This document shows positions 8,753 through 22,427 of a stretch of 64,000 nucleotides of DNA, one piece after another. The position numbers and the translations under genes are program-made. Origin of the DNA: Ignavibacteriota bacterium (lineage in GTDB: Bacteria > Bacteroidota > Ignavibacteria > UBA10030); assembly GCA_963727825.1 (NCBI GenBank), contig CAVSHO010000008.1:64001-128000 (forward strand). The letters are read 5' to 3'. The notes beneath the pieces are model-generated. The model had not been told where the DNA came from. It searched no databases and worked only from the letters and a program-made list of their open reading frames with translations. Numbering within the stretch: position 1 is the first letter of the stretch; each line of letters starts with the position of its first letter.

Positions 8753-11700
8753 TTGAAAAACCAATCCAACGGTTCCAAAGAACGTGTCTCATTTGCACGC
8801 ATCCCGTCAGTTATAGAAACGCCTGACTTATTGAACGTCCAGATCGATTCGTTCAATAATTTTCTTCAAGCCGATATACCTCCGCATCGCAGGAAGAAAC
8901 TTGGTTTGCAGCAAGTGTTTGAAATGAATTTTCCAATCACTGATGCACGCGAGAATTTTCTCCTCGAGTTCTCAGAATATTATGTCGAGAAGCCGAAGTA
9001 TTCCGTTGTCGAATGTCAAGAACGAGGTCTGACATTCGCTGTTCCGTTAAAAGCAAAACTGCGATTGTCTGCCAAGAAAGAAGGCGGAAAAGAATTTGTC
9101 GATACAATTGAACAGGAAGTCTATCTAGGTAATCTTCCTGCTATGACACATCGCGGTACGTTCATCATTAATGGTGCTGAGCGTGTGGTAGTAAGTCAGT
9201 TGCACCGTTCGCCTGGTGTGTTCTTTGGTGAATCGATTCACCCGAATGGTACTATGATGTATTCTGCGCGCATCATTCCATTTCGCGGGTCATGGGTAGA
9301 ATTTGCTACCGATATAAATAATGTGATGTATGCATACATAGACAGAAAGAAAAAATTTCCGGTCACAACATTGCTTCGTGCATTGGGATATTCTTCAGAC
9401 GACGATATTCTCGATTTATTTGGACTTGTAGAAGAGATCGAAATAGCAAAGGTTGATTTGAAAGATTTCGTTGACCGAAAAGTATGCAGCGATGTGTTTG
9501 ATAAAAAAACGGGTGAAGTCTTCATCAACAAAGATACGAAACTCACCGAAGAGCATATCAAACAAATTAAAAAAACAAACTTGAAAAGGCTTCGCCTGCT
9601 CAAGACCGATGATGCGGCATCGAGCTCCGTTATCGCGAACACTATACTCAAAGATGCTGCACGTTCCTCTGAAGATGCGTTAGAGGCAATTTATACACAA
9701 TTGCGTTCTGGAGAAGCCCCGGATCTTGACACCGCAAAAAATCTGATTGACAGATTGTTCTTCAATCCTAAACGTTACGATCTTGGTGATGTCGGTAGAC
9801 ACCGGATGAATATTAAACTCAACTTGAGCATTCCTGAAGATGTTACCACGTTGACAAAAGATGACATCATTGCGATCGTAAAATATTTAATTGATCTTCA
9901 GCAAGGCAAGCGGGCAGTGGACGACATCGATCACTTGGGAAATCGTCGTGTACGAACGGTTGGCGAACAACTCGCTCAGCAATTTAATATCGGATTGTCT
10001 CGCATGACGCGCACGATTCGTGAACGAATGAATTTGCGCGATGCAGAAACAATTACGCCGCAAGATTTAGTAAATGCTCGAACGATTACAAGTGTCATCA
10101 ATGCATTCTTTGGAACAAACCAACTTTCACAGTTTCTCGATCAAACGAATCCACTGGCAGAAATGACGCATAAGCGTCGTGTCTCTGCACTCGGACCAGG
10201 CGGTCTTACACGCGAACGCGCTGGTTTCGAAGTCCGTGACGTGCATTATACTCATTACGGCCGGCTTTGCCCCATTGAAACGCCGGAAGGTCCGAACATC
10301 GGTTTAATTTCCTCGCTCTGCATACACGCGCGCATTAATGATTTCGGATTCATTGAAACGCCTTACCGTAAAGTGAAGAACGGCAAAGTTGTAGAGGAGA
10401 TTGAATTCCTGACCGCTGAACGCGAAGATGCAGTGACGATAGCTCAAGCAAACGCGATTCTAGATGACCACGGACGTTTTACTGAAGAAAAAGTAAAAGC
10501 GAGATACCAGAGCGACTATCCGGTTACTGAACCGGATAAGATTCAATATATGGATGTCGCACCGAATCAAATCGTTAGCGCAGCGGCAGCGTTGATTCCG
10601 TTCCTCGAGCATGACGACGCAAACCGTGCATTGATGGGATCGAACATGCAGCGGCAGGCAGTCCCATTATTACAACCGGAAGCGCCTATAGTAGGAACAG
10701 GATTGGAAGAAACCATTGCCCGTGACTCAAGAACCATTATAGTTGCGGAGCGCAATGGTACCGTTGAGTCTGTGGATGGTGATAGCATTGTCGTGTTATA
10801 CGATATTGATGAAAACAGCAATGAGGCAATCATCAGTTTTGATGACAAGCGACGTGTCGAATATAAGTTGACAAAATTCCTCCGAACAAATCAAGACACT
10901 TGCATCAACCAGAAACCAGTGGTAAAAGAAGGTCAACGCTTCAAGAAAAATGATGTCTTAGTCGATGGGTGTGCCACAGACGGCGGGGAATTAGCACTTG
11001 GCAGAAATATTCTGGTAGCGTTTATGCCTTGGCGCGGGTACAATTTCGAAGACGCAATCATCGTCAGCGAACGAATTGTATCCGAAGATGTCTTTACTTC
11101 CGTGCATATTGAAGAATTTGAACTTCAAGTTCGGGATACAAAACGCGGCGAAGAAGAACTAACACGCGAAATTCCGAACGTCAGTGAAGAAGCAACAAAA
11201 GATCTCGACGAGAATGGAGTGATCCGAATCGGTGCAGAAGTTAATGAGGGCGATATTCTCATTGGCAAGATTACACCTAAAGGTGAAACAGATCCAACGC
11301 CGGAAGAAAAACTCTTGAAAGCGATCTTCGGAGAAAAAGCCGGTGATGTGAAAGATGCCTCGCTAAAAGCTCCTCCGGGCATGAAAGGAATTGTCATTTC
11401 AACGAAACTCTTCAGCCGGAAGAAGAAAGATACAGAGAGTAAGAAAGAAGACAAGAAAAAGTTAGAGTCGCTTGAAAGATCGCGCCGTAAAGAAATGAAA
11501 GATTTACAGGAGAAACTTGGATATAAATTGGACCAAGTGCTAAATGGCGAAAAGTCAATCGGTATTAGAGATACGGATGGAGAAATTGCAATCCGCGCTG
11601 GTGTCGTTTTCAAAGACGATACATTCCAAAAAATGGAGAATCTGGAAAAGCTTGATTTTAATCAAGAGTGGATTGATGACAAACGGAAATATAATACGGT

Positions 11701-12529
11701 TGTCCGTATTTTTGAAAACTTCCATCAGAAAATGAGCGAGATCCAAGAGCTTTATCGCCATGAAAAAAATAAAATTCAGCTTGGCGATGAACTTGCACCG
11801 GGAATTGTTCAGCTGGCAAAAGTATATGTCGCTAAAAAGCGTAAGCTCCAAGTAGGCGATAAGATGGCAGGGCGTCATGGAAATAAGGGTGTTGTTTCCA
11901 TTATTGTTCCTATGGAAGATATGCCTTTCCTTCCAGATGGTCATCCGGTTGACATTGTGCTCAACCCGTTGGGCGTGCCATCCCGCATGAATTTGGGGCA
12001 ATTGTTTGAAGTGGCGCTTGGCTGGGCTGGGCTTAAGCTCCAAGTTAAATTTGCATCACCAATCTTCGATGGTGCAAAATGGGAAGAAGTACAGGGATGG
12101 TTAGAGAAAGCCGGACTAAGCAAAACCTCGAAGTCAGTGCTAATAAATGGACGCACTGGCGAGCCGTTCGATCAGGAAATTTCAGTTGGATATATGTACA
12201 TGATGAAATTATCGCATATGGTGGATGATAAAATCCACGCGCGATCTATCGGGCCATACTCTCTCATTACACAGCAGCCATTGGGCGGCAAGGCGCAATT
12301 CGGAGGACAGCGTTTTGGTGAAATGGAAGTGTGGGCACTCGAAGGATATGGCGCGGCCAGCATCTTGCAAGAGATACTCACCGTGAAGTCAGATGACGTG
12401 CTCGGACGCGCGAAAGTATACGAATCCATAGTGAAAGGTGACAACCTTCCAGAATCAAATATCCCTGAATCGTTTAATGTGCTCGTTCGCGAGTTGCAAG
12501 GATTAGGTCTGGAAATGAAGATTGAGTGA
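8753..12529 (+). CDS. rpoB: RNA polymerase beta subunit
   Basis: [29 protein letters not shown] 8753 is best spaced from AAGGAG; the ORF track starts at GTG 8744. Confidence 0.99.
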   Translation: MKNQSNGSKERVSFARIPSVIETPDLLNVQIDSFNNFLQADIPPHRRKKLGLQQVFEMNFPITDARENFLLEFSEYYVEKPKYSVVECQERGLTFAVPLKAKLRLSAKKEGGKEFVDTIEQEVYLGNLPAMTHRGTFIINGAERVVVSQLHRSPGVFFGESIHPNGTMMYSARIIPFRGSWVEFATDINNVMYAYIDRKKKFPVTTLLRALGYSSDDDILDLFGLVEEIEIAKVDLKDFVDRKVCSDVFDKKTGEVFINKDTKLTEEHIKQIKKTNLKRLRLLKTDDAASSSVIANTILKDAARSSEDALEAIYTQLRSGEAPDLDTAKNLIDRLFFNPKRYDLGDVGRHRMNIKLNLSIPEDVTTLTKDDIIAIVKYLIDLQQGKRAVDDIDHLGNRRVRTVGEQLAQQFNIGLSRMTRTIRERMNLRDAETITPQDLVNARTITSVINAFFGTNQLSQFLDQTNPLAEMTHKRRVSALGPGGLTRERAGFEVRDVHYTHYGRLCPIETPEGPNIGLISSLCIHARINDFGFIETPYRKVKNGKVVEEIEFLTAEREDAVTIAQANAILDDHGRFTEEKVKARYQSDYPVTEPDKIQYMDVAPNQIVSAAAALIPFLEHDDANRALMGSNMQRQAVPLLQPEAPIVGTGLEETIARDSRTIIVAERNGTVESVDGDSIVVLYDIDENSNEAIISFDDKRRVEYKLTKFLRTNQDTCINQKPVVKEGQRFKKNDVLVDGCATDGGELALGRNILVAFMPWRGYNFEDAIIVSERIVSEDVFTSVHIEEFELQVRDTKRGEEELTREIPNVSEEATKDLDENGVIRIGAEVNEGDILIGKITPKGETDPTPEEKLLKAIFGEKAGDVKDASLKAPPGMKGIVISTKLFSRKKKDTESKKEDKKKLESLERSRRKEMKDLQEKLGYKLDQVLNGEKSIGIRDTDGEIAIRAGVVFKDDTFQKMENLEKLDFNQEWIDDKRKYNTVVRIFENFHQKMSEIQELYRHEKNKIQLGDELAPGIVQLAKVYVAKKRKLQVGDKMAGRHGNKGVVSIIVPMEDMPFLPDGHPVDIVLNPLGVPSRMNLGQLFEVALGWAGLKLQVKFASPIFDGAKWEEVQGWLEKAGLSKTSKSVLINGRTGEPFDQEISVGYMYMMKLSHMVDDKIHARSIGPYSLITQQPLGGKAQFGGQRFGEMEVWALEGYGAASILQEILTVKSDDVLGRAKVYESIVKGDNLPESNIPESFNVLVRELQGLGLEMKIE

Positions 12530-12601
12530 TCGTGATATGGGCTGCTCAAATGCAGAAATTACTCATTCAATAATGAACACAGTTTGATTGATGGAGGCGA
12601 T

Positions 12602-15600
12602 ATGCCTTATACAGATTTAACAGCAAAGAAAACATTTTCAAAAATTACAATCAGCCTTGCGTCCCCGGATATGATTTTGAGCCGCTCGCACGGTGAAGTG
12701 ACGAAACCGGAGACGATTAATTATCGTTCATTCCGTCCTGAGAAGGATGGATTATTTTGCGAAAAGATTTTTGGTCCGGTGCGCGATTGGGAATGCCATT
12801 GCGGAAAATACAAACGCATACGCTACAAAGGTATAACTTGCGATCGTTGCGGTGTTGAAGTGACGCAAAAGAGTGTCCGCCGCGAACGACAGGGACATAT
12901 TTCATTGGCGGTGCCGGTTGTGCATATTTGGTATTTCCGTTCTGTTCCAAGCAAGATTGGCACAATCCTTGGAATCGCTGGCAAGGAACTGGAAAAAATT
13001 ATTTATTATGAATCTTATGTTGTAGTTAGTCCTGGTACTACCGGTTTGCAGCGACTCGACTTGATTTCTGAGGATCAGTATATAGAAATTCTTTCTTCCC
13101 TTCCTGAAGAAAATCAGGAATTGGACGATGACGATCCTAAGAAATTTATTGCGAAAATGGGTGGCGATGCGATGAAGGATCTTCTCAGGCGCGTGAATGT
13201 AGATGACCTGGCAGCGGAATTACGCTCGCAACTTGCAACTGAAACATCTATGCAAAAAAAGCAGGACGCGTTGAAGCGTTTACGCGTTGTTGAAGCGTTC
13301 CGCAATCCTGAAAGCGGCGCTGCTAATAAACCAGAGTGGATGATATTGGATGTCATCCCCGTTATCCCGCCTGAACTGCGGCCTTTAGTTCCCTTAGAAG
13401 GTGGACGATTTGCAACATCGGATTTGAACGATCTATATCGCCGTGTTATTATTCGTAACAATCGGTTAAAACGGCTCATCGAAATTAAAGCTCCGGAAGT
13501 TATTTTGCGGAATGAAAAACGCATGCTGCAAGAATCAGTTGATTCGCTTTTCGACAACTCTCGCCGCGTCAATGCAGTACGTTCCGATAATAATCGTGCA
13601 CTTAAATCGCTTTCCGATATGCTCAAAGGGAAGCAAGGACGCTTCCGTCAGAATTTGCTTGGCAAACGCGTAGATTATTCCGGTCGTTCGGTCATTGTGG
13701 TTGGACCCGAATTGCAATTGCATCAGTGTGGCTTGCCGAAAGATATGGCAGTCGAGTTATTCAAACCACACATCATCCGTAAGCTTATCGAGCGCGGATT
13801 AGTTAAGACAGTGAAAAGCGCAAAGAAGATGGTTGACAAGAAGGGTCCGGAAGTATGGGACATCTTAGAGAACATCATCGATGGGCATCCGGTTATGTTA
13901 AACCGCGCACCTACGCTACACAGACTTGGCATTCAAGCATTCCAGCCTGTGCTGGTTGAAGGCAAGGCTATTCGCGTTCATCCGATGGTCTGTACAGCAT
14001 TCAATGCAGATTTTGACGGCGACCAGATGGCGGTACACGTACCGCTTTCGTATGAAGCACAGCTTGAAGCCCGTATGCTGATGCTATCGAGCCATAATAT
14101 CCTTTCCCCTGCAAGCGGTGCTCCCATTGTGAAACCGACACAAGATCAAGTATTAGGCTGCTACTATCTAACAAAATCCAAAACAGGTGATCTCGGAGAA
14201 GGAAAGATATTTTCTTCACCGCAGGAAGTCATCATTGCGTATGATCAAGAGAGACTTGGATTACACGCAAGGATTAAAGTGCGAATGAATGGCGAGCTGA
14301 TCGAAACGACAACAGGGCGCATTATATTTAATCAGATCGTTCCAAAGGAAATTCCGTTTGTGAATGAATTGCTGAACAATAAACGTCTTGTACAGATTAT
14401 CTCGACGGTGTTTCGTCGATGCGGAAATCTCGTTACAGCAAACTTCCTGGATCAATTGAAGACATTAGGATTTACCTATGCAACAAAGGGTGGACTCTCT
14501 GTTTCCATCGGCGATGTTGTTATTCCACAAGAAAAAATTGATCTCGTTAAAAAAGCACAAAAGGATGTTGAAAATGTAGAATCGCAATACTTCCGCGGTT
14601 TCATTACCAATGGTGAGCGCTATAATAAAGTAATTGACATTTGGACTCGCGTTACAAGCAGAATTGCAGATCGATTATTTGATGCTTTGCAGCATGATCG
14701 AAATGGATTTAACTCTCTTTATATGATGGTTGATTCAGGTGCACGCGGTTCGAAGGAACAAGTTCGTCAGCTTGCCGGTATGCGTGGATTAATGGCTAAA
14801 CCGCAAAAAAGTATGTCGGGTGCAACAGGAGAATTAATCGAGAACCCGATCATCGCAAACTTCCGCGAAGGTCTTTCTATTTTGGAGTATTTCATATCTA
14901 CGCACGGTGCTCGTAAAGGTCTTGCTGATACCGCATTGAAAACAGCCGATGCAGGTTATTTAACGCGCCGATTGATCGACGTCGCGCAAGATGCAATCAT
15001 TGGTGAAATCGATTGTGGTACAATCAAAGGTGTTACAACTAGTGCTCTGAAAGAAGCAGAAGATATTAAAGAACCGTTGGCAGAACGCATTCTTGGCCGT
15101 GTATCGCTGCAAGATATTGTAGATCCGATTTCAAAAGAAGTGATTGTACACGGCGGTGATCTTATCGATGAAGAAAAATCGCAGCAAATTACTGAAACAT
15201 CTATAGAAACAGTTATCATTCGCTCTGTACTCACTTGCGACTCACGTCGTGGTGTGTGTGCAAAATGTTATGGCCGTGACCTCACTACAGGAAATCTTGT
15301 TGAACCGGGAATGGCGGTTGGTGTTATTGCCGCACAATCAATCGGTGAACCTGGCACGCAGTTAACATTACGTACGTTCCATACAGGAGGTACAGCAAGT
15401 CTCATTGCTGCACAATCACAAATCATTTCCAAGTTTGATGGACATGTGAAATATGATGGAATTAAATTCATCGAGTTCAATAAAGAAGATACAACCCGTT
15501 TAATGGTATCTGGCAGAAGCGGGGTAATCAATGTATTGGATAACGACAATCGTATGCTCACGAAATACGATGTACCATATGGCGCAACATTGTTGGTGCG

Positions 15601-16888
15601 CGATGGTGCGAAAGTTACAAAAGGCGAACTCGTTTATGAATGGGATCCGTACAATGCGGTTATTGTTTCGGAATATGGTGGAACCGTCGAATATATTGAT
15701 ATGAAAGAGAACTTAACATATCGTGAAGAACCGGATGAACAGACGGGACACATTCAAAAAGTCGTAATTGATAGCCGCGAAAAGAGTCTCATCCCCGGAA
15801 TTGCAATTATTAATAAAAAGGGACACAAAGTTTCATCATACCCCATTCCAACGCGGGCGCATTTAAATGTCGATGATGGCGAAGAAATTCAAGCTGGCGC
15901 AATTTTGGTAAAAATTCCTCGTGACATTGGTAAGACACGCGATATTACTGGCGGCTTACCTCGTGTTACCGAACTTTTTGAGGCGCGGCATCCAAACGAT
16001 CCGGCTGTCGTCGGCGAAATTGATGGAACAATATCCATTGGCCAACCTAAGCGCGGTTCTCGAGAAGTGTTTATCGAAAGCCTAGATGGCAAAGATAAAC
16101 GTACATATCTCGTTCCGTTAGGCAAACACCTTTTAGTTCAAGACGGAGATTTAATTCGGGCAGGCGAACGCTTATCTGCGGGTTCTATTGATCCGCATGA
16201 CATTTTAAGGATTAAGGGAACGACTGCGGTGCAGGAATATCTTGTGAACGAAATCCAAGAAGTTTATCGTATGCAAGGTGTTAAAATAAATGATAAGCAT
16301 ATCGAAGTGATTGTGCGGCAAATGATGCAGAAGGTACGGATTGCAGATCAAGGTGATACGAAATATCTTGAAGGCGATCATATCGATAAAAACTTATTAA
16401 ACGACGAAAATGAAAATCTCACAGATAAAGTCATTATTGTTGGCAAGGGTGATTCGAAGTTGAAGAACGGGCAAGTAGCTCCGAAGAGAACTGTACGTGA
16501 AATAAATACTGATCTTAAGAAAAAGTTGAAGAAGGTTGCTGAATTCCGCGATGCATTGCAAGCTACATCGGATCCAATTCTTCTCGGTATTACACAAGCA
16601 TCCCTAACAACTGAAAGCTTTATTTCCGCTGCATCGTTCCAAGAAACAACAAAAGTGCTGACAGATGCGGCGATAGAGGGAAAAATAGATCATCTACTCG
16701 GTCTGAAAGAAAATGTTATTATGGGACATCTCATTCCAGCAGGAACAGGACAAAGAAAGTTCAAGGACATCATTGTTACTGCGCCGGAGCCGGTTCTACC
16801 AGATGCGGTTGAAGAGATTTCTGGAGAGGCAAATACATCTGAATTCGAAACAAAAAAAATCAAGCGGAAAGTGAAATTGGTAGAATAG
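12602..16888 (+). CDS. rpoC: RNA polymerase beta' subunit
   Basis: [12 protein letters not shown] active site, Zn-finger Cys residues; ATG 12602 after GGAGG. Confidence 0.99.
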   Translation: MPYTDLTAKKTFSKITISLASPDMILSRSHGEVTKPETINYRSFRPEKDGLFCEKIFGPVRDWECHCGKYKRIRYKGITCDRCGVEVTQKSVRRERQGHISLAVPVVHIWYFRSVPSKIGTILGIAGKELEKIIYYESYVVVSPGTTGLQRLDLISEDQYIEILSSLPEENQELDDDDPKKFIAKMGGDAMKDLLRRVNVDDLAAELRSQLATETSMQKKQDALKRLRVVEAFRNPESGAANKPEWMILDVIPVIPPELRPLVPLEGGRFATSDLNDLYRRVIIRNNRLKRLIEIKAPEVILRNEKRMLQESVDSLFDNSRRVNAVRSDNNRALKSLSDMLKGKQGRFRQNLLGKRVDYSGRSVIVVGPELQLHQCGLPKDMAVELFKPHIIRKLIERGLVKTVKSAKKMVDKKGPEVWDILENIIDGHPVMLNRAPTLHRLGIQAFQPVLVEGKAIRVHPMVCTAFNADFDGDQMAVHVPLSYEAQLEARMLMLSSHNILSPASGAPIVKPTQDQVLGCYYLTKSKTGDLGEGKIFSSPQEVIIAYDQERLGLHARIKVRMNGELIETTTGRIIFNQIVPKEIPFVNELLNNKRLVQIISTVFRRCGNLVTANFLDQLKTLGFTYATKGGLSVSIGDVVIPQEKIDLVKKAQKDVENVESQYFRGFITNGERYNKVIDIWTRVTSRIADRLFDALQHDRNGFNSLYMMVDSGARGSKEQVRQLAGMRGLMAKPQKSMSGATGELIENPIIANFREGLSILEYFISTHGARKGLADTALKTADAGYLTRRLIDVAQDAIIGEIDCGTIKGVTTSALKEAEDIKEPLAERILGRVSLQDIVDPISKEVIVHGGDLIDEEKSQQITETSIETVIIRSVLTCDSRRGVCAKCYGRDLTTGNLVEPGMAVGVIAAQSIGEPGTQLTLRTFHTGGTASLIAAQSQIISKFDGHVKYDGIKFIEFNKEDTTRLMVSGRSGVINVLDNDNRMLTKYDVPYGATLLVRDGAKVTKGELVYEWDPYNAVIVSEYGGTVEYIDMKENLTYREEPDEQTGHIQKVVIDSREKSLIPGIAIINKKGHKVSSYPIPTRAHLNVDDGEEIQAGAILVKIPRDIGKTRDITGGLPRVTELFEARHPNDPAVVGEIDGTISIGQPKRGSREVFIESLDGKDKRTYLVPLGKHLLVQDGDLIRAGERLSAGSIDPHDILRIKGTTAVQEYLVNEIQEVYRMQGVKINDKHIEVIVRQMMQKVRIADQGDTKYLEGDHIDKNLLNDENENLTDKVIIVGKGDSKLKNGQVAPKRTVREINTDLKKKLKKVAEFRDALQATSDPILLGITQASLTTESFISAASFQETTKVLTDAAIEGKIDHLLGLKENVIMGHLIPAGTGQRKFKDIIVTAPEPVLPDAVEEISGEANTSEFETKKIKRKVKLVE

Positions 16889-16912
16889 TTTTCCAATATT
16901 AGAAATTATACG

Positions 16913-16941
16913 TTGACTTCTAAAGTAAAAAACATTATATT
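16913..16941 (+). promoter_or_regulatory. Sigma70-type promoter of the str operon
   Basis: TTGACT-N17-TATATT upstream of rpsL. Confidence 0.65.
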
Positions 16942-16990
16942 AAACAACTTTTAGTTAATGTAAAAAATAGGAAATTTTGGAGAGTCTCAA

Positions 16991-17365
16991 TTGCCAACAG
17001 TTAATCAGCTTATTAAAGATAGTCGAGATAGGGTGCTTTGGAAAAGCAAATCTCCTGCTCTCGGTGGCAACCCTCAAAAAAGGGGTGTATGTACGCGTGT
17101 ATATACCACCACTCCAAAGAAACCTAATTCAGCCTTGCGTAAAGTTGCACGTGTTCGGTTGACAAATGGGATTGAAGTAACCGCATATATCCCTGGCGAA
17201 GGACATAACCTTCAAGAGCATTCGATTGTCCTTATTCGTGGTGGAAGAGTTAAGGACTTACCGGGAGTGCGTTACCATATTATTCGCGGTACTTTGGATA
17301 CGCAAGGTGTGCAGGATCGAAAGCAAGGACGTTCAAAATACGGAGCAAAGAAACCTAAGCAGTAA
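16991..17365 (+). CDS. rpsL: 30S ribosomal protein S12
   Basis: [22 protein letters not shown]; TTG start. Confidence 0.99.
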   Translation: MPTVNQLIKDSRDRVLWKSKSPALGGNPQKRGVCTRVYTTTPKKPNSALRKVARVRLTNGIEVTAYIPGEGHNLQEHSIVLIRGGRVKDLPGVRYHIIRGTLDTQGVQDRKQGRSKYGAKKPKQ

Positions 17366-17376
17366 TATAATAACCG

Positions 17377-17844
17377 ATGAGAAAAAAAAGAGCCATACGA
17401 AGGCGTGTAACGCCAGATCCAAAGTTCGGTGATGAACTTATTTCCCGTTTTGTGAACAGCGTATTGAAGGACGGGAAAAAGAATATAGCCCGTAATATCG
17501 TTTATAGTGCACTTGATCAAATTGCACAAAAAACTGAAAAGAATCCCTTAGAAGTATTTAAAAAAGCGGTAGACAACGCGTCTCCGCTGATTGAAGTTAG
17601 AGCACGAAGAGTTGGTGGTGCGACCTATCAGGTTCCTACAGAAGTTCGTCTCGAGCGACGAACCGCTCTTGCAATTCGTTGGCTTATTACTTATGCCCAA
17701 GAACGCTCGGATAAATCAATGGTACAAAAGCTTGCAGCAGAGTTGCTTGCTGCGTCTTCAGGTGAAGGTGGTGCGGTGAAGAAGAAAGATGATGTACACC
17801 GTATGGCCGAAGCTAATAAAGCTTTTGCACATTTTAGATGGTAA
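17377..17844 (+). CDS. rpsG: 30S ribosomal protein S7
   Basis: RRVGGATYQVP, HRMAEANKAFAHFRW. Confidence 0.99.
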   Translation: MRKKRAIRRRVTPDPKFGDELISRFVNSVLKDGKKNIARNIVYSALDQIAQKTEKNPLEVFKKAVDNASPLIEVRARRVGGATYQVPTEVRLERRTALAIRWLITYAQERSDKSMVQKLAAELLAASSGEGGAVKKKDDVHRMAEANKAFAHFRW

Positions 17845-17915
17845 TTTAAAATAGCTGTATTTAATCCGCCCAGTCTTGAATAATCGAGTCTGTGGGTTGG
17901 AGTGTGTAATAAATT

Positions 17916-20018
17916 ATGCCTCGTGAGTATTCTTTAGAAAAAACTAGAAATATTGGCATCATGGCACATATTGATGCCGGCAAGACGACTACGACAGAAC
18001 GTATTTTGTTCTATACTGGTAGGACACATCGTATCGGTGAAGTACATGACGGTGCTGCGACAATGGATTGGATGGAGCAGGAAAAAGAACGTGGTATCAC
18101 TATTACAAGTGCGGCGACAACTTGTTTCTGGCGTGATCATCAAATTAATATTATCGATACTCCGGGCCATGTGGATTTTACGATTGAAGTCGAGCGCTCG
18201 CTTCGCGTGCTCGATGGTGCTGTTGCGTTGTTCTGTTCAGTTGGCGGTGTAGAGCCGCAATCTGAAACAGTCTGGCGGCAAGCCGATAAGTATGGCGTGC
18301 CTCGAATAGCATTTGTAAATAAAATGGACAGAGCTGGTGCAGATTTTCTTGCTGTCGTAGATATGATGAAATCACGCCTTAAAGCAAATGCTGTCCCAGT
18401 TCAATTGCCTGTTGGTGAAGGTGATATGTTTGCTGGCATCATCGATTTGATTAAGATGAAAGCTCGAATGTATCATGAAGAGACGCAAGGTGCTACTTGG
18501 GATGAAATTGATATTCCAGCAAAACTAAAACCCAAGGCGAATGAATATCGAATAAAGATGCTCGAAGCGGTTGCTGATGAAGATGATACGTTACTCGAAA
18601 AATATCTAAACGGAAAAGAAATTTCTCCAGCAGAGATTATTCAAGTTTTACGACGTTCTACATTAAAAGGTGAAATTATTCCAGTTCTCTGCGGCTCTTC
18701 TTTTAAGAACAAAGGCGTACAAGACTTGATGGATGCAGTCGTTGACTTTTTACCAGCGCCTCTGGATATTAACAATGGAGAGATTCATGGACATCATCCT
18801 CACAAACATGATGATGTTATCCGGAAGGTGAGCGATGACGGGGCATTCACGGCATTAGCGTTTAAAATTATGAGTGATCCTTTCGTCGGCAGGTTGACAT
18901 ATTTCAGAGTTTATTCTGGGACACTTACTGCCGGTTCATATGTGCATAACATCATTACGGATCGCAAAGAACGGATTTCCCGTATCCTTCGAATGCATGC
19001 AAATCATCGTGAAGAAGTGCAAGAAGCTTATGCAGGCGATATTGTAGCTGCGATAGGTTTGAAGAATACACGCACAGGTGATACACTTTCGACAGAAGAT
19101 GATCCTATAGTTCTTGAACGTATGGAATTCCCTGATCCAGTAATCGATGTTGCTATTGAACCGAAAACGAAGGTTGATTTAGAGAAAATGGGCGAGGCAA
19201 TGCAGCGTCTCGCAGAAGAAGATCCTACATTTCGTATTTCGACGAATGAAGACACAGGACAGACAATTATCAGTGGTATGGGTGAATTGCATCTGGAAAT
19301 TATTATAGATCGAATGCGTCGTGAGTTTAATGTAGAAGCGAATGTTGGCAAGCCGCAAGTAGCTTATAAAGAAACGATTACAAAGAAAGTAACGGCTGAA
19401 GGTAAGTTCGTTCGCCAATCGGGCGGTCGTGGTCAATTTGGACATGTTTGGATTGATCTTGAACCGAATGAAAAAGGCAGAGGCTTTGAGTTTGAAAACG
19501 ATATTGTCGGTGGAGTGGTTCCAAAAGAATATATTAAACCAACCGAACAAGGTATTATCGAAGCAATGCGAAATGGAGTGCTTGCCGGATATCCAATGGA
19601 AGATGTTAAAGTAAGATTATTTGATGGATCGTTTCATGCAGTTGATTCATCGGAAATGGCATTTAAGATTGCAGGCTCCATCGCGTTTCAAGAGGGAGCA
19701 AAAAAAGCCGGGCCGGTGTTGCTTGAACCAGTAATGTCAGTTGAGGTTGTAACTCCTGAAGAATATCTTGGCGATGTCATGGGCGATCTTAATTCGCGCC
19801 GTGGCAAAATCGAAGGAATGACTCCAAGAAAAGATGCTCAGGTTATTAAGGCGCATGTACCTCTATCAGAAATGTTTGGCTATGCGACTCAGCTTCGTTC
19901 AATGACACAGGGTAGATCGCTCTATACAATGCAGTTTTCACACTATGAACCTGTGCCAAAAAATATTGCAGAAGAAATTGTGGAAAAAGTTCGCGGTAAA
20001 AGAAATGTAGCCGCGTAA
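17916..20018 (+). CDS. fusA: Elongation factor G
   Basis: [21 protein letters not shown]. Confidence 0.99.
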   Translation: MPREYSLEKTRNIGIMAHIDAGKTTTTERILFYTGRTHRIGEVHDGAATMDWMEQEKERGITITSAATTCFWRDHQINIIDTPGHVDFTIEVERSLRVLDGAVALFCSVGGVEPQSETVWRQADKYGVPRIAFVNKMDRAGADFLAVVDMMKSRLKANAVPVQLPVGEGDMFAGIIDLIKMKARMYHEETQGATWDEIDIPAKLKPKANEYRIKMLEAVADEDDTLLEKYLNGKEISPAEIIQVLRRSTLKGEIIPVLCGSSFKNKGVQDLMDAVVDFLPAPLDINNGEIHGHHPHKHDDVIRKVSDDGAFTALAFKIMSDPFVGRLTYFRVYSGTLTAGSYVHNIITDRKERISRILRMHANHREEVQEAYAGDIVAAIGLKNTRTGDTLSTEDDPIVLERMEFPDPVIDVAIEPKTKVDLEKMGEAMQRLAEEDPTFRISTNEDTGQTIISGMGELHLEIIIDRMRREFNVEANVGKPQVAYKETITKKVTAEGKFVRQSGGRGQFGHVWIDLEPNEKGRGFEFENDIVGGVVPKEYIKPTEQGIIEAMRNGVLAGYPMEDVKVRLFDGSFHAVDSSEMAFKIAGSIAFQEGAKKAGPVLLEPVMSVEVVTPEEYLGDVMGDLNSRRGKIEGMTPRKDAQVIKAHVPLSEMFGYATQLRSMTQGRSLYTMQFSHYEPVPKNIAEEIVEKVRGKRNVAA

Positions 20019-20065
20019 GATTTTTATTTAATCAGCACATTTATCTAATTAAAGGAGATCAATAC

Positions 20066-21276
20066 ATGGCAAAGGAAAAATTTGACCGTAGCAAGCCGCA
20101 CGTAAACGTCGGTACGATCGGCCACGTTGACCACGGAAAGACCACTCTGACGGCCGCCATCACTATGGTGCTTGCCAAAAAGGGTCTCTCCCAAATTCGA
20201 ACATTTGATTCAATTGACAATGCTCCAGAAGAAAAAGCGCGCGGAATAACGATTAACACAGCACACGTTGAATATTCTACAGAGAAGCGCCATTATGCAC
20301 ACGTGGATTGTCCGGGTCACGCTGACTATATTAAAAATATGATCACCGGTGCTGCACAAATGGACGGCGCTATACTGGTTGTTGCCGCAACAGATGGTCC
20401 TATGCCGCAAACGCGCGAACATATTTTGCTCGCTCACCAAGTAAACGTGCCGAAGATGGTAGTGTTCATGAATAAAGTGGATGCAGTCGACGATCCGGAA
20501 CTATTGGATCTTGTTGAACTAGAAGTTCGTGATTTATTGAAGAAGAACGATTTCCCCGGTGATGAAATACCTGTCATCCGCGGTTCTGCGTTGAAAGCAA
20601 TGGAAGCGGCTCTTAGGCCGGATGCGAAGACTGATGATCCTGCATTTAAATGTATTATGGAATTAATGGATGCAGTTGATAATTATATTACGTTGCCGAA
20701 GCGTGATTCAGAACGTCCGTTCCTGATGCCGATCGAAGACGTGTTTTCTATTACCGGACGCGGCACAGTCGGAACAGGTCGTGTTGAGCGTGGTAAAGCA
20801 AAGGTTAGCGATGAAGTTGAAGTCGTTGGTCTTGGCATGCATAAAAAAACAGTTATTACCGGCGCTGAAATGTTCCGCAAGGAATTGGACGAAGTGGTCG
20901 CAGGTGATAATGCAGGCTTGTTGTTGCGCGGTATTGAAAAAGATGAACTTGAACGCGGCATGGTCGTCGCAAAACCGGGAACGATTACGCCGCATACAAA
21001 ATTTACCGCACAGATCTACGTTTTAAAGAAGAAGAAGGCGGACGTCACACACCGTTCTTAACGGGATATCGTCCTCAATTTTACTTCCGAACAACTGACG
21101 TTACAGGTGTTGCTGAGTTACCAGCTGGAGTAGAAATGGTTATGCCAGGTGATAACCTCGATGCCATTAACATTGAACTAATTTCTCCCATCGCAATGGA
21201 AGAAGGACAGAGGTTTGCGGTTCGCGAAGGTGGACGCACAGTCGGTGCTGGTGTTATTACAAAGATCATAAAGTAA
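20066..21276 (+). CDS. tuf: Elongation factor Tu; apparent -1 frameshift near 21025-21031 (likely sequencing error)
   Basis: [17 protein letters not shown]. After YVLK the EF-Tu sequence continues in another frame ([26 protein letters not shown]...[17 protein letters not shown]) to TAA at 21274-21276. Confidence 0.95.
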
Positions 21277-21337
21277 TTTATCGCTTATTCCGCTCTTGGG
21301 GCAGCTCGAGAGCGGAGAGTAGTCTGAGGAGTTTTAC

Positions 21338-21646
21338 TTGGCTGGACAAAAAATTAGAATAAAGCTGAAGTCATTCGATCACAATTTGATCGACAAGTCT
21401 GCAGAGAAAATTATTAAAACTGTAAAATCGACAGGTGCTATCGTATCTGGCCCGATTCCACTGCCGACTAAACGCAGTGTATATACGGTTAATCGTTCTC
21501 CGCACGTCGATAAAAAATCTCGAGAACAGTTCGAGACACGGTCGCACAAGAGGTTGATTGATATCCTCAATTCGACAAGCCGTACTGTCGATTCGCTGAT
21601 GAAGTTAGAACTTCCAGCAGGTGTCGATGTCGAGATTAAAGTATAG
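21338..21646 (+). CDS. rpsJ: 30S ribosomal protein S10
   Basis: [22 protein letters not shown]. Confidence 0.99.
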   Translation: MAGQKIRIKLKSFDHNLIDKSAEKIIKTVKSTGAIVSGPIPLPTKRSVYTVNRSPHVDKKSREQFETRSHKRLIDILNSTSRTVDSLMKLELPAGVDVEIKV

Positions 21647-21770
21647 TTTTTTTACAATGTGCTTGAATGAAATGAATGTGTGCTGAGAGTAAATAGAATT
21701 TATAAAAACTCTTATGCTATAGATTATAGAGACAAAGGCTCATGCGCTGGAGCGCAAAGGAGTAGAAACA

Positions 21771-22400
21771 GTGAGTGGCATCTTAGGAAAAAAAATTGGA
21801 ATGACAAGTCTCTTCGATGAGAATGGTGAAGCAGTTCCTTGCACCGTTATCGAAGCGGGTCCGTGCTACGTCACCCAGGTCAGAACACAAGCGAAAGATG
21901 GCTATGATGCTATCCAGCTCGGTTTTGATGAGAAGAAAGACCGCCTTGTCAACAAGCCATTAAGGGGACATTTTTCAAAGGCAGCGACAAAAGCGCTGCG
22001 CTTGATGCGTGAATTCAGAGGAGTTAATGGAACTTCGATGAAGACAGGCGACGAAGTAAAGGTTGATATGTTTTCCCCTGGTGATATTGTTGACGTGAGT
22101 GGAAAATCTAAGGGTCGCGGATTTCAGGGCGTTGTGAAGCGTCATCATTTCGGCGGTGTCGGTATGACAACGCACGGCGCATCAGATCGAGTTCGCGCAC
22201 CGGGTTCTATTGGTGGAAGTTCCTATCCATCGCGTGTTTTCAAAGGTATGCGGATGGGTGGGCGGATGGGATTTGAACGCGTCACAATAAAGAATTTAAA
22301 AGTTGTCAAGGTGATACCGGAATCCAACATTCTAATTATTCGCGGTTCAGTTCCTGGTGCAATAAATGGATATTTGGAAATTGAGAAGAAGCATAATTAA
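21771..22400 (+). CDS. rplC: 50S ribosomal protein L3
   Basis: GKKIGMT, KGRGFQGVVKRH, RAPGSIG. Confidence 0.99.
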   Translation: MSGILGKKIGMTSLFDENGEAVPCTVIEAGPCYVTQVRTQAKDGYDAIQLGFDEKKDRLVNKPLRGHFSKAATKALRLMREFRGVNGTSMKTGDEVKVDMFSPGDIVDVSGKSKGRGFQGVVKRHHFGGVGMTTHGASDRVRAPGSIGGSSYPSRVFKGMRMGGRMGFERVTIKNLKVVKVIPESNILIIRGSVPGAINGYLEIEKKHN

Positions 22401-22427
22401 GGGTTTCCTCGTAAGGAAAAAGTTACC

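Noticed and set aside
20066-21276. Calling tuf and secE true pseudogenes
   Set aside because: Both are essential, the sequence on each side of the single-base lesion is fully conserved, and the lesions lie in or next to homopolymer runs.
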